A stretch of 64,000 nt of DNA from Methylotenera sp. (GTDB taxonomy: Bacteria; Pseudomonadota; Gammaproteobacteria; Burkholderiales; Methylophilaceae): assembly GCA_005777825.1 (NCBI GenBank), contig SXLB01000018.1:10550-74549 (forward strand). The letters are read 5' to 3'. Below the pieces are notes generated by a model. It was not told the origin of the DNA. It did not search any database and saw only the letters and a list, made by a program, of their open reading frames with translations. Position 1 is the stretch's first letter, and every line of letters begins with the position of its first letter. Both the position numbers and the translations under genes were made by a program. Positions 51,184-60,180 of the stretch are shown piece by piece.

Positions 51184-52659
51184 TTGCGGGTATTGTTTAG
51201 CACTTCCGAAGCGTTCCCTCTAATAAAAACCGGCGGCCTAGCTGACGTAAGCGGCTCCCTGCCGCAGGCATTGCAAAAATTAGGCGTGGACATCCGCCTT
51301 CTTATCCCTGGCTATCCTGCTGTATTAAATCAGCTTAGCAATCTAAAAGTGATCGCTAAGTTAGATAAGCTACCCATGATCATGCACGCCGATTTGATGA
51401 TGGGCGAATTGGCCGACAGCAAGCTCAGAGTGATGGTCATCAAAGCCGCTAACCTGTATGAGCGAGACGGCGGTCCGTATGCCGATGCAAACGGACTGGA
51501 GTGGCTAGATAACGCATTGCGCTTTGGCATACTGTCCAAAGTGGCGGCCATTTTAAGCAGCAGCCAATCGCCTGTACCCGACTGGCATCCAGACATCGTG
51601 CATTGCAACGACTGGCAAACCGGACTCACCCCGGCCTACATGAAGCTGCTCGAGCACGGCACAGCAAAATCCATTATCAGCTTGCATAATATGGCATTCC
51701 AAGGCTGCTTTGCACCCGCCTGGCTGACCACCCTCGCCCTACCGCCTAGTCATTTTGCCATTGATGGCTTTGAATACCATGGCCAGTTGTCTTTTCTAAA
51801 AGCCGGTATTTTCTACGCCGATGGCATCACCACGGTAAGCCCAAGCTACGCCAAAGAAATACAAACAGCGGAATTTGGTTTTGGCCTAGAAGGCTTACTA
51901 AGCTTACGCGGCAGTGAAATTAAGGGAATACTAAACGGCATAGAAACAGAACAATGGAACCCTAAAACCGATCCGCATTTAATTAAAAATTACAGCGCCA
52001 AGGCCTTAGCCGGTAAGAAACAAGTTAAATTAGCCTTGCAAAAAAAATTAGGGCTACAAATTGATGCAAGCGCACCATTATTAGGCGTAGTCAGTCGACT
52101 CACCCACCAAAAAGGCTTGGACATGCTGCTGCCTATCAGTCAGCAATTAATCGATGCAGGCTGCCAATTGGTCGTACTGGGTAGCGGCGATCCGACCTTA
52201 GAAGACGCCTTTAGCAAGCTGGCTCAAAACAATCCCAAACAAGTCAGTGTGACCATATCGTATAACGAAGCCCTGTCGCACCAAATCATGGCAGGATGCG
52301 ATATATTCATCATGCCTTCGCGTTTTGAACCTTGCGGTCTAAACCAAATGTATGGCTTAGCTTATGGCACTCCCCCGGTAGTCAACGCTACGGGTGGCTT
52401 AGCTGACACGGTGGTGGACACCAATCTAATTAGCTTTAAAAATAAAAAGGCCAATGGCTTTGTCATGAGCGAAGCCAGCTCAACCAGCTTACTCAAAGCC
52501 ATCAAACAAGCCTTAAATGTTTACAAAAACGATGCAGCCGCGTGGAAGCAAATTCAAATCAACGGTATGAACCTAGACTTAAGTTGGGATAAAAGTGCCT
52601 TGGCGTATTTGGCTGCATATAAAGCCTTGCTCATGCCTAGCGCCGAGAAAAATGACTGA
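51184..52659 (+). CDS. glgA: Glycogen synthase
   Basis: 'SE.FPLIKTGGLADV', 'HCNDWQT', 'HNMAFQG', 'VSRLTHQKG', 'PSRFEPCGL.QM'; probable TTG start at 51184. Confidence 0.96.
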   Translation: MRVLFSTSEAFPLIKTGGLADVSGSLPQALQKLGVDIRLLIPGYPAVLNQLSNLKVIAKLDKLPMIMHADLMMGELADSKLRVMVIKAANLYERDGGPYADANGLEWLDNALRFGILSKVAAILSSSQSPVPDWHPDIVHCNDWQTGLTPAYMKLLEHGTAKSIISLHNMAFQGCFAPAWLTTLALPPSHFAIDGFEYHGQLSFLKAGIFYADGITTVSPSYAKEIQTAEFGFGLEGLLSLRGSEIKGILNGIETEQWNPKTDPHLIKNYSAKALAGKKQVKLALQKKLGLQIDASAPLLGVVSRLTHQKGLDMLLPISQQLIDAGCQLVVLGSGDPTLEDAFSKLAQNNPKQVSVTISYNEALSHQIMAGCDIFIMPSRFEPCGLNQMYGLAYGTPPVVNATGGLADTVVDTNLISFKNKKANGFVMSEASSTSLLKAIKQALNVYKNDAAAWKQIQINGMNLDLSWDKSALAYLAAYKALLMPSAEKND

Positions 52660-52679
52660 TTTTTAAGGGGACAGTAAAC

Positions 52680-52696
52680 TTGGCACGCTAAATGCT
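52680..52696 (+). promoter_or_regulatory. sigma54-type promoter in the glgA-orn intergenic region
   Basis: TTGGCACG-CTAA-ATGCT, with GG and GC separated by exactly 10 nt. Confidence 0.6.
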
Positions 52697-52701
52697 TAAG
52701 T

Positions 52702-52768
52702 AATAACAAGCTTCTCCAAAGCTGTTATTCTCCTCCTCCGGGGCGCCTTGACGGGCGCCCTCTTTTTT
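52702..52768 (+). ncRNA. Candidate small regulatory RNA with anti-SD (CUCC) motifs
   Basis: Hairpin AAUAAC-a-AGCU-ucuccaa-AGCU-GUUAUU, single-stranded CUCCUCCUCC, then a GC-rich terminator; sigma54 motif immediately upstream. Confidence 0.55.
52740..52768 (+). terminator. Intrinsic terminator (+ strand)
   Basis: GGGCGCC-ttgacg-GGCGCCC-tc-TTTTTT. Confidence 0.85.
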
Positions 52769-52773
52769 CTCGT

Positions 52774-53346
52774 TTATTTAACGATGAAATGTTCGCGGTA
52801 GTATTTTAATTCGTCTATGGATTCGTAGATGTCGGCCAAGGCCTCATGTTTGCTGGCTTTTTTAAAGCCCGAGTATATTTCCGGCTTCCATCGACGCGCT
52901 AACTCTTTAAACACACTGACATCCAGATTGCGGTAGTGAAAATACTTTTCCAAATCGGGCATATAGCGCGCCATGAAGCGGCGGTCCTGGCATATGGAAT
53001 TGCCACACATGGGCGATTTACCAACTGGCACCCAATTTTTCAAAAATGCCAGCATTTGCAAACTGGCTTGCTCCTCATCCAAGGTCGAGTCTTTTACTTT
53101 TTGGATCAAGCCTGAACGACCGTGCGTGCCTTTATTCCAGGCATCCATACCCTCTAGAACGGCATCAGATTGGTGTATAACCAAGACCGGCGATTCGGCC
53201 AGGACGTTTAATTCGGCATCGGTGACCACGGCCGCCAATTCCAATATGCGGTCTGAATCGGGCAGCAGACCACTCATCTCCATGTCCAACCAAATTAAAT
53301 TGTTCTGATTAGTACTACTTGCTATTTCCGCCATCATGATTTCCAT
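52774..53346 (-). CDS. orn: Oligoribonuclease
   Basis: '[11 protein letters not shown]', '[11 protein letters not shown]', 'HYRNLDVS', 'H.AL.DI.ESI.EL.YYR'; true start may be a few codons downstream. Confidence 0.96.
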   Translation of the reverse strand: MEIMMAEIASSTNQNNLIWLDMEMSGLLPDSDRILELAAVVTDAELNVLAESPVLVIHQSDAVLEGMDAWNKGTHGRSGLIQKVKDSTLDEEQASLQMLAFLKNWVPVGKSPMCGNSICQDRRFMARYMPDLEKYFHYRNLDVSVFKELARRWKPEIYSGFKKASKHEALADIYESIDELKYYREHFIVK

Positions 53347-53429
53347 TAAAATGTATGTTTTATACCAATATCAGTGAACCATACGCCTGCTTATGCTTCA
53401 CAATGGCATCATATTAACCGAACTTGACC

Positions 53430-54680
53430 ATGACCATGACCTTTACCCTTACATTTATTAGCTTAGTGATTGCCTCAACGATGGTGCGTCTTTGGCTTGC
53501 AGGTAGGCACATCCGCCACGTGCAACAACACCGAGATCATGTACCCACTGCTTTCAGCGCCACCATCACACTGGATGCGCACCAGAAAGCGGCTGACTAC
53601 ACGGCAGCTAAATCCAAATTAGGTTTAAGCGAGGGCTTGGTGCAGACCCTGCTGTTATTAGCCTTAACCTTAGGTGGGGGCTTACAAAGCATGGATAATT
53701 TTTGGCAAGCGTTGTTTGCGGATCAAGCCATCATACGAGGCGTAGCGGTAATTTGCAGCGCGATGTTGTTAACCAGCTTAATTGATTTGCCTTTTGATTA
53801 TTACAAAACATTTGTCATAGACGAAAAATTTGGCTTTAACAAAATGACGGTTCCCATGTTCATCAATGACTTAATCAAACACGGTCTATTAGGGCTGGCT
53901 TTAGGCGGCCCCATTTTATTGCTAGCGCTTTGGTTGATGCAAGGAGCCGGCGCCTATTGGTGGCTGTATTTATGGTTTGCCTGGAGTGCCTTTAACCTCA
54001 TTATGCTAGCGGTTTACCCCAGCTTCATCGCGCCATTATTTAATAAATTTAGCCCCTTGCATGACGAGCAATTAAAAACACGTATCGAATCGCTATTGAC
54101 TAAGTGCGGCTTTAAATCGCAAGGCCTGTTTGTCATGGACGGCTCAACTCGCAGCAGTCATGGCAATGCCTATTTCACCGGCTTTGGTGCATCCAAACGG
54201 GTGGTGTTCTTTGATACCTTGCTAGCACGCTTAAACACCGATGAAATAGAGTCGGTTTTGGCCCACGAATTAGGCCACTTTAAACACCATCACGTTATCA
54301 AACGCATAGCCATGCTGTTCTCTGTAAGCTTTATAGGCTTAGCATTATTGGGCTGGCTCATGCAGCAGCCCTGGTTTTATACTGGCCTAGGCGTGCAAAA
54401 CGCTAGCAATTACATGGCTTTAATGCTGTTCTTGTTGGTTTCACCGGTATTTTTATTTTTATTGCGCCCGGCCATGGCCAGTTACTCACGTAAAAATGAA
54501 TTTGAGGCCGACGCGTATGCGGCTAAACAAGCCAGCGCTAAAGATTTGGTGAGTGCCTTGGTTAAACTATACCGTGACAATGCCGCTACCTTGACACCAG
54601 ATCCCTTGCATTCTGCATTTTATGACTCGCATCCGCCAGCCAGTCTAAGGATAGCCAAGCTGGCAGCGTACAGCAGCTAA
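53430..54680 (+). CDS. M48 family (Ste24-like) membrane zinc metallopeptidase
   Basis: 'RSSHGNAYFTGFG', 'AHELGHF', 'EFEADAYA', 'SHPP...RI'. Confidence 0.93.
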   Translation: MTMTFTLTFISLVIASTMVRLWLAGRHIRHVQQHRDHVPTAFSATITLDAHQKAADYTAAKSKLGLSEGLVQTLLLLALTLGGGLQSMDNFWQALFADQAIIRGVAVICSAMLLTSLIDLPFDYYKTFVIDEKFGFNKMTVPMFINDLIKHGLLGLALGGPILLLALWLMQGAGAYWWLYLWFAWSAFNLIMLAVYPSFIAPLFNKFSPLHDEQLKTRIESLLTKCGFKSQGLFVMDGSTRSSHGNAYFTGFGASKRVVFFDTLLARLNTDEIESVLAHELGHFKHHHVIKRIAMLFSVSFIGLALLGWLMQQPWFYTGLGVQNASNYMALMLFLLVSPVFLFLLRPAMASYSRKNEFEADAYAAKQASAKDLVSALVKLYRDNAATLTPDPLHSAFYDSHPPASLRIAKLAAYSS

Positions 54681-54745
54681 TTTTTAGCGCATAATGCCAG
54701 CACTTAAATTTAAATTGTACAGACCTTAATCTGACCGCTAGCCTT

Positions 54746-55648
54746 TTGACCGACACCATCTCTACTCAGACTAAATTCATTGCGCCATTGCAAGGCACCG
54801 TGGTGGCAGCATACGGCAAACGCTATCAAATTGAATTGCCAGATAAAAAACGCATCAGCTGCGTGACCCGTGGCAAAAAAACCGATCTAGCCTGTGGCGA
54901 CAGAGTCAATCTGCAACTCACCGACAAGCACGAGGGCGTGATCGATAGCACTCTGCCGCGCCAGACCTTGCTGTACCGCAGCAATGCCTTTAAGAGCAAA
55001 ATGCTGGCGGCCAATGTAACGCAAATCATCATAGTTTTAGCCACGCAGCCTAGCTTTTACGAAGCCTTGTTAAACCGCTGCTTGATTGCGGCCGAAGCGG
55101 CGCATATTAAACCGCTCATAGTGCTTAATAAATGCGACTTGGAGGACAGCTCGCAAGCCAAGCAAAAACTTGGCTTGTACAGCGCTTTGGGTTATCAGGT
55201 GCTGACACTGTCAGCCAAAGAGGATATTTCCAGCCTAAGGCCTTATTTGCAAGGGGAAGCCAGCATTTTAGTAGGCCAATCCGGCATGGGTAAATCCACT
55301 ATGATTAATGCCTTGTTACCCGAAGAAGCGGTGCGTACCAGAGAAGTCAGCATGAGCCTAGACAGCGGCAAACACACCACCACCGCCGCCCATTTATACC
55401 ATTTGGACGCGCACAGCCAGCTGATAGATTCGCCCGGCTTACAAGAGTTTGGCTTACACCATCTCAACACGGATGAATTAGAACACGCGTTTATTGAATT
55501 TAGGCCACATTTAGGTTTATGCCGATTCAGCAACTGCAAACACACGCAAGAACCAGACTGCGCGATTAAACAAGCTATGCAAGATGGCAAGATCAGCCAA
55601 GAAAGATTAGCCATTTACCAGTTATTGCGAACAGAAATCGAGCATTAA
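54746..55648 (+). CDS. rsgA: Ribosome small subunit-dependent GTPase A
   Basis: 'NKCDL', 'GQSGMGKST', 'GKHTTT', 'DSPG', zinc finger 'CRFSNCKH..EPDC'. Confidence 0.95.
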   Translation: MTDTISTQTKFIAPLQGTVVAAYGKRYQIELPDKKRISCVTRGKKTDLACGDRVNLQLTDKHEGVIDSTLPRQTLLYRSNAFKSKMLAANVTQIIIVLATQPSFYEALLNRCLIAAEAAHIKPLIVLNKCDLEDSSQAKQKLGLYSALGYQVLTLSAKEDISSLRPYLQGEASILVGQSGMGKSTMINALLPEEAVRTREVSMSLDSGKHTTTAAHLYHLDAHSQLIDSPGLQEFGLHHLNTDELEHAFIEFRPHLGLCRFSNCKHTQEPDCAIKQAMQDGKISQERLAIYQLLRTEIEH

Positions 55649-55723
55649 GCCAGCTTGGTCGCAGGCTAAAAAATGCCTGTAGATGGCGTATAATCGGTCC
55701 ATTCATTTTTCAAGTAGCAGATC

Positions 55724-56164
55724 ATGCAAATTACCACTCGCCTAGAATTCGATGCCGGCCACCGCATTCCCAGCCATAAAAGCCAATGTAAGAATTTGCA
55801 TGGTCACCGCTATGCCATTGAAATAACCTTGTCTGGCGACATCATTAGTCAAGCTGGCGCATCCGAGAATGGCATGGTGATGGATTTTTCAGAGGTAAAA
55901 GCGATTGCTAAATCTGCCGTGGTGGATGTTTGGGATCATGCTTTCCTGGTCTATCAAGACGATGCTGACGTGCTTAATTTTTTAAACGGCCTGACTAACC
56001 ATAAAACCGTGGTTTTCCCTACCGTACCAACGGCTGAAAACATGGCCAATGAAGCATTTAAAATTCTGAAGAATCGCTACTTAGACAGCTATGGCACGCA
56101 CTTAAAATTAGAAAAAGTGCGCTTGTACGAAACCCCCAATAATTGGGCCGATGCCTTAGGCTAG
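55724..56164 (+). CDS. queD: 6-carboxytetrahydropterin synthase
   Basis: 'EFDAGHRI..H..QC.NLHGH', 'GMVMDF', 'PTAEN', 'YETPN'. Confidence 0.92.
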   Translation: MQITTRLEFDAGHRIPSHKSQCKNLHGHRYAIEITLSGDIISQAGASENGMVMDFSEVKAIAKSAVVDVWDHAFLVYQDDADVLNFLNGLTNHKTVVFPTVPTAENMANEAFKILKNRYLDSYGTHLKLEKVRLYETPNNWADALG

Positions 56165-57241
56165 CTCTTCACCGCGCTCGGCATAATGCTTGGCTACCCA
56201 ATGACGGTAATCGCCACTGGTGACGTTATTTACCCAGTCCTGGTTTGCCAAATACCAATCCACCGTTTTTTCTATCCCCGTATCAAAACTTTCTGCCGGC
56301 TTCCAGCCTAATTCTTGGTGCAACTTGCTGGCATCAATGGCGTAGCGTTGATCATGACCCAACCTGTCTTCCACGAAGCTAATTTGCTCGGCATACGATT
56401 TGCCATCTGATCGCGGTTTTTTGCTATCCAATATACGGCATAAGGTTTTAACCACCTCTATATTAGCCATCTCGTTCCAACCGCCGACGTTGTATACCTC
56501 GCCCACTTTACCAGCCTCCAAAACCCTGCGTATTGCCGCACAATGGTCGGTTACATAAAGCCAATCGCGTATCTGTTGACCGCTACCGTAAATTGGCAAG
56601 GGTTTTCCAGTTAAGGCGTTGTGTATCACCAAAGGAATTAATTTTTCTGGGAAATGGTGTGGTCCATAATTGTTGGAACAATTGGTCGTGAGCGTAGGGA
56701 GCCCATAGGTGTGATGGTAAGCCCGGACCAGGTGATCGGATGCCGCCTTGGAGGCAGAATATGGGCTATTCGGAGCATAGGCATGCTGCTCAGTAAAAGC
56801 CGCCGCATCAGGCATTAAGGATCCGTATACCTCATCGGTGGAGACATGCAAAAAACGCCATGCCTGACGGTCGACTGTGCTTAATTGTGTCCAATAGGCC
56901 CGCACGGCTTCCAATAAATGAAAAGTGCCCACCACATTGGTTTGAATGAAATCTTCAGGACCGTGTATGGACCTGTCCACATGGCTTTCGGCGGCAAAAT
57001 TAACGATGGCAGAAGGTTGATAGTCTTGCAGCAATTTGCTCACTAGTGCCTGATCGCCTATGTCGCCATGCACGAAAACATGCTGTGGATTATGTTGCAC
57101 CGCCGTTAAATTTTCCAAATTCCCGGCATATGTCAACTTGTCCAAATTCACCACTCGGCCTAATCCCAAGCGCAACCATTCAAGCACGAAATTAGCACCA
57201 ATAAAACCCGCCCCACCGGTTACCAAAATTGTTTTAGTCAT
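56156..57241 (-). CDS. rfbB: dTDP-glucose 4,6-dehydratase
   Basis: 'VTGGAGFIG', 'DKLTYAGN', 'AAESHVDRSI', 'HVSTDEVYG', 'YSASK', 'GHDQRYAID'. Confidence 0.96.
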   Translation of the reverse strand: MTKTILVTGGAGFIGANFVLEWLRLGLGRVVNLDKLTYAGNLENLTAVQHNPQHVFVHGDIGDQALVSKLLQDYQPSAIVNFAAESHVDRSIHGPEDFIQTNVVGTFHLLEAVRAYWTQLSTVDRQAWRFLHVSTDEVYGSLMPDAAAFTEQHAYAPNSPYSASKAASDHLVRAYHHTYGLPTLTTNCSNNYGPHHFPEKLIPLVIHNALTGKPLPIYGSGQQIRDWLYVTDHCAAIRRVLEAGKVGEVYNVGGWNEMANIEVVKTLCRILDSKKPRSDGKSYAEQISFVEDRLGHDQRYAIDASKLHQELGWKPAESFDTGIEKTVDWYLANQDWVNNVTSGDYRHWVAKHYAERGEELA

Positions 57242-57254
57242 GCAGATTACTTTC

Positions 57255-57965
57255 TTATTTTTCAATTGTTGATGATTCCAGGGCAGCCCATAAACAATCC
57301 CCGGATTTATTCAATGCTGCCAGATAAGCCTCATGGGCCTCTAGTTCAGTGGCATTTGCTAACATAACGATGCCGGCTTGATTAAATGCAGCTTTAGGTT
57401 CAACCGCCTGCGTTGTTTGAGGCTGGTCCATGCTGATCATCAAACTGTCTTGCCCGCGCGTCATGGCCATGTACACATCGGCCAACAATTCCGCATCCAA
57501 CAAGGCGCCGTGTAAGGTGCGTTTAGAGTTGTCTATGCCAAAATGCCGACACAAAGCATCCAAACTATTACGCTGACCTGGGCGCATTTCTTTGGCTATT
57601 TTAAGCGTATCGGTCACCCTAGCGACGATGCTCTCCAAGGGTTTTTGCTCGATCAAACCCAGCTCACAATTTAAAAAGCCCACGTCAAAGGGTGCGTTAT
57701 GCATAATCAGCTCGGCATCGGCAATGAAATCCAGCAACTCGTTAACAATGTCAGGAAAGCGCGGCTTGTCCTGCAAAAATTCCAAAGAAATACCGTGCAC
57801 CTCTTGTGCGCCTTGGTCTATTTCACGATCGGGATTGAGGTAATAATGAAAATGCTGTTTGGTTAATCGGCGGTTGACCACCTCAACCGCAGCAATCTCT
57901 ATTACCCTATGGCCTTGTGCATGATACAAACCGGTGGTTTCCGTATCCAAAAAGATTTGTCTCAT
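57255..57965 (-). CDS. dnaQ: DNA polymerase III epsilon subunit
   Basis: 'LDTETTG', 'HNAPFD', 'LDALC', 'HGALLDA', 'MTRGQ'. Confidence 0.96.
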   Translation of the reverse strand: MRQIFLDTETTGLYHAQGHRVIEIAAVEVVNRRLTKQHFHYYLNPDREIDQGAQEVHGISLEFLQDKPRFPDIVNELLDFIADAELIMHNAPFDVGFLNCELGLIEQKPLESIVARVTDTLKIAKEMRPGQRNSLDALCRHFGIDNSKRTLHGALLDAELLADVYMAMTRGQDSLMISMDQPQTTQAVEPKAAFNQAGIVMLANATELEAHEAYLAALNKSGDCLWAALESSTIEK

Positions 57966-58420
57966 GATGCTGCCTCCTGTAAAACCTGCTCCACGCCCTT
58001 ATTAGCCAAACTGTCAGCCCGCTCATTACCAACATTGCCAGCGTGCCCCTTAACCCATATCCACTGCACCGTATGCTGCTGGGCCAGGCCATCTAAAATG
58101 CGCCATAAATCATCGTTTTTCACCGGCTTTTTATCTGCAGTGCGCCAATTCCTGGCTTTCCAGCCGACTATCCATTCGGAAATGCCTTTCTGCACGTAAA
58201 CCGAATCCGTGTAAACCATTGCATGGCAGCTGCGATTTAACGCCTCAAGGGCGCGTATCACCGCAGTTAACTCCATGCGGTTATTGGTGGTGAGCAATTC
58301 GCCACCAAACAGTTCTTTTTCTTGGCCAGCGTAACGAATCCAAGCACCCCAGCCCCCAGGACCTGGGTTGCCCTTGCATGCCCCATCGGCGTAAATTTCC
58401 ACTGCTTTAGTCGTGCTCAT
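57962..58420 (-). CDS. rnhA: Ribonuclease HI
   Basis: '[14 protein letters not shown]', 'TTNNRMEL', 'TDS.YV', 'WVKGHAG..GNERAD.LA'. Confidence 0.97.
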   Translation of the reverse strand: MSTTKAVEIYADGACKGNPGPGGWGAWIRYAGQEKELFGGELLTTNNRMELTAVIRALEALNRSCHAMVYTDSVYVQKGISEWIVGWKARNWRTADKKPVKNDDLWRILDGLAQQHTVQWIWVKGHAGNVGNERADSLANKGVEQVLQEAAS

Positions 58421-59229
58421 GGTGTTTTTTCTAATGTCTTTCTGGATAAACGGTTTAATTTGTCTCGTGACTTAGTTGGCCTGCCAATGGATTTGGGTCT
58501 AGCTGTCAGTAAATTGGTGGCGCCCGATTGTTTCCAATTTGGTTTAATCGGCGTCATGCCGGGCACGCGTTTTTTTGCCACGATAAAATAGACCCCGGCC
58601 AATCTCGAAAAGGCATGCTGGCCTAGCTTATCCATAAATAACAGGCGCTTATGCCAAGCAATATTTTCAAACGGCGGGACATGGCAACAGCTACGCACGT
58701 TTACAACCTCAAAACCCAGCAAGGCTAACCAATCTTTTAAGCGATTCAAGCCTATCAAGCGAGCATGCCATGGGTAATTTAACTGCTTACAAAACAGTTT
58801 CTTTATAAACGCACACGCGCCCCAGGCGCTGATAGGATTGAAGCCGGAAATAATTAAATGTCCATCTGGCATCATTACGCGAGCCGCCTCACGCAAGGTT
58901 TGGTGTGGCCTATCACTGAACTCCAGCCTGTGCGGCAAAAGCAATAAATCCAAACTCATTTCAGCAAAAGGTAAAAAATCATCACTGCACAACACGTTAG
59001 CCTGGCATTCGCCATTCACCATGCCACCGGCTTCAATAGCAAAGGCTTTATAGCGGTTGGGCATGCGCGAGTTGGTCAACAAGTCTAGCGGCATAGACCC
59101 GACCTGTAGCGCATTAAAGCCAAATAAATCGGATACTGCTTGGTCAAACAAGGGTTTTTCGCTGGCTTGCAAATACTGGCCTGCTGTGGATTTGAACCAA
59201 TCTTGTATGGGCGCCGCGACTATTGACAT
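58417..59229 (-). CDS. Class I SAM-dependent methyltransferase (YafS-like)
   Basis: Conserved position between gloB and rnhA; 'LPH.LEF...PHQ.LREA.RV', 'GFNP.S.WG', 'RLKDWL.LLGF'. Confidence 0.85.
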   Translation of the reverse strand: MSIVAAPIQDWFKSTAGQYLQASEKPLFDQAVSDLFGFNALQVGSMPLDLLTNSRMPNRYKAFAIEAGGMVNGECQANVLCSDDFLPFAEMSLDLLLLPHRLEFSDRPHQTLREAARVMMPDGHLIISGFNPISAWGACAFIKKLFCKQLNYPWHARLIGLNRLKDWLALLGFEVVNVRSCCHVPPFENIAWHKRLLFMDKLGQHAFSRLAGVYFIVAKKRVPGMTPIKPNWKQSGATNLLTARPKSIGRPTKSRDKLNRLSRKTLEKTP

Positions 59230-59258
59230 TTAACCGTATAGAACAAATGATAGTGGGT

Positions 59259-60038
59259 ATGCATCATAATGTTCAAATTATACCCATTCCAGCATTTAAG
59301 GATAACTATATCTGGCTCATGCACAACGGCCAACAAGCCGTAGCCGTTGACCCAGGGGATGCCCAGCCAGTCATACAAACGCTCAAGCAACTCAATCTTA
59401 ACCTAAGCGGCATACTCATTACCCACCACCACCAAGATCACATTGCCGGGGTAACCGAATTGCTAAAAGTCTATCCTGACATAGGCATTTATGCGCCAAA
59501 ACTAGAGGATTACTCGTTTGCGCACACACCAGTCGATGACGAACAGGAGATACAGCTGACCGACTTGGGGCTAAGTTTTAGCGTCATGCACTTGCCAGGG
59601 CACACCTTAGGCCATGTGGCCTACTACACTGAAAACAAGTTAGGCGATAAATGGCTGCTTTGTGGGGACACCTTGTTTGGTGCCGGCTGCGGCCGTTTAT
59701 TTGAAGGCACGCCAGCCCAAATGCACCACTCGCTAAAACGCTTAGCTGCTTTAGCCGGCAGCACTCAAGTCTATTGCAGCCACGAATACACATTACGCAA
59801 CATTGACTTTGCCTTGAGCCTGGAGCCAAATAACCCCACATTGCAACAACGTAAGTTAGACACACAGGCGCTGCGCGACAAAGGCATGGCCAGCCTGCCA
59901 TCCAACATCGAATTGGAACGCGCGACCAATCCTTTTTTACGTTGCCATATCGGCAGCATTCAAATTAGCAGTGGCTTAAACCTAGCCGATGAGGTGGCTG
60001 TTTTTAGCCGAATAAGAGAATTAAGAAATGTATATTAA
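59259..60038 (+). CDS. gloB: Hydroxyacylglutathione hydrolase (glyoxalase II)
   Basis: 'IPAFKDNYIW', 'THHHQDH', 'PGHTLGH', 'GDTLF.AGCGRLFEG', 'HEYT', 'TNPFLR'. Confidence 0.95.
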   Translation: MHHNVQIIPIPAFKDNYIWLMHNGQQAVAVDPGDAQPVIQTLKQLNLNLSGILITHHHQDHIAGVTELLKVYPDIGIYAPKLEDYSFAHTPVDDEQEIQLTDLGLSFSVMHLPGHTLGHVAYYTENKLGDKWLLCGDTLFGAGCGRLFEGTPAQMHHSLKRLAALAGSTQVYCSHEYTLRNIDFALSLEPNNPTLQQRKLDTQALRDKGMASLPSNIELERATNPFLRCHIGSIQISSGLNLADEVAVFSRIRELRNVY

Positions 60039-60086
60039 TCATATATATACATAATTAATTTAAAGTAATTATTAAATATTTACGTC

Positions 60087-60115
60087 TTGACTTTAAGGTC
60101 ATTGTTTTTTACTAT
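60087..60115 (+). promoter_or_regulatory. Putative sigma70 promoter of mltD
   Basis: TTGACT-N17-TACTAT with an AT-rich upstream segment. Confidence 0.55.
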
Positions 60116-60180
60116 ATGGCCTTACATCAATCAGGGCAAACAGCCGCAGTTGTCACGCCCACTCACACCTTAAGCCATCA

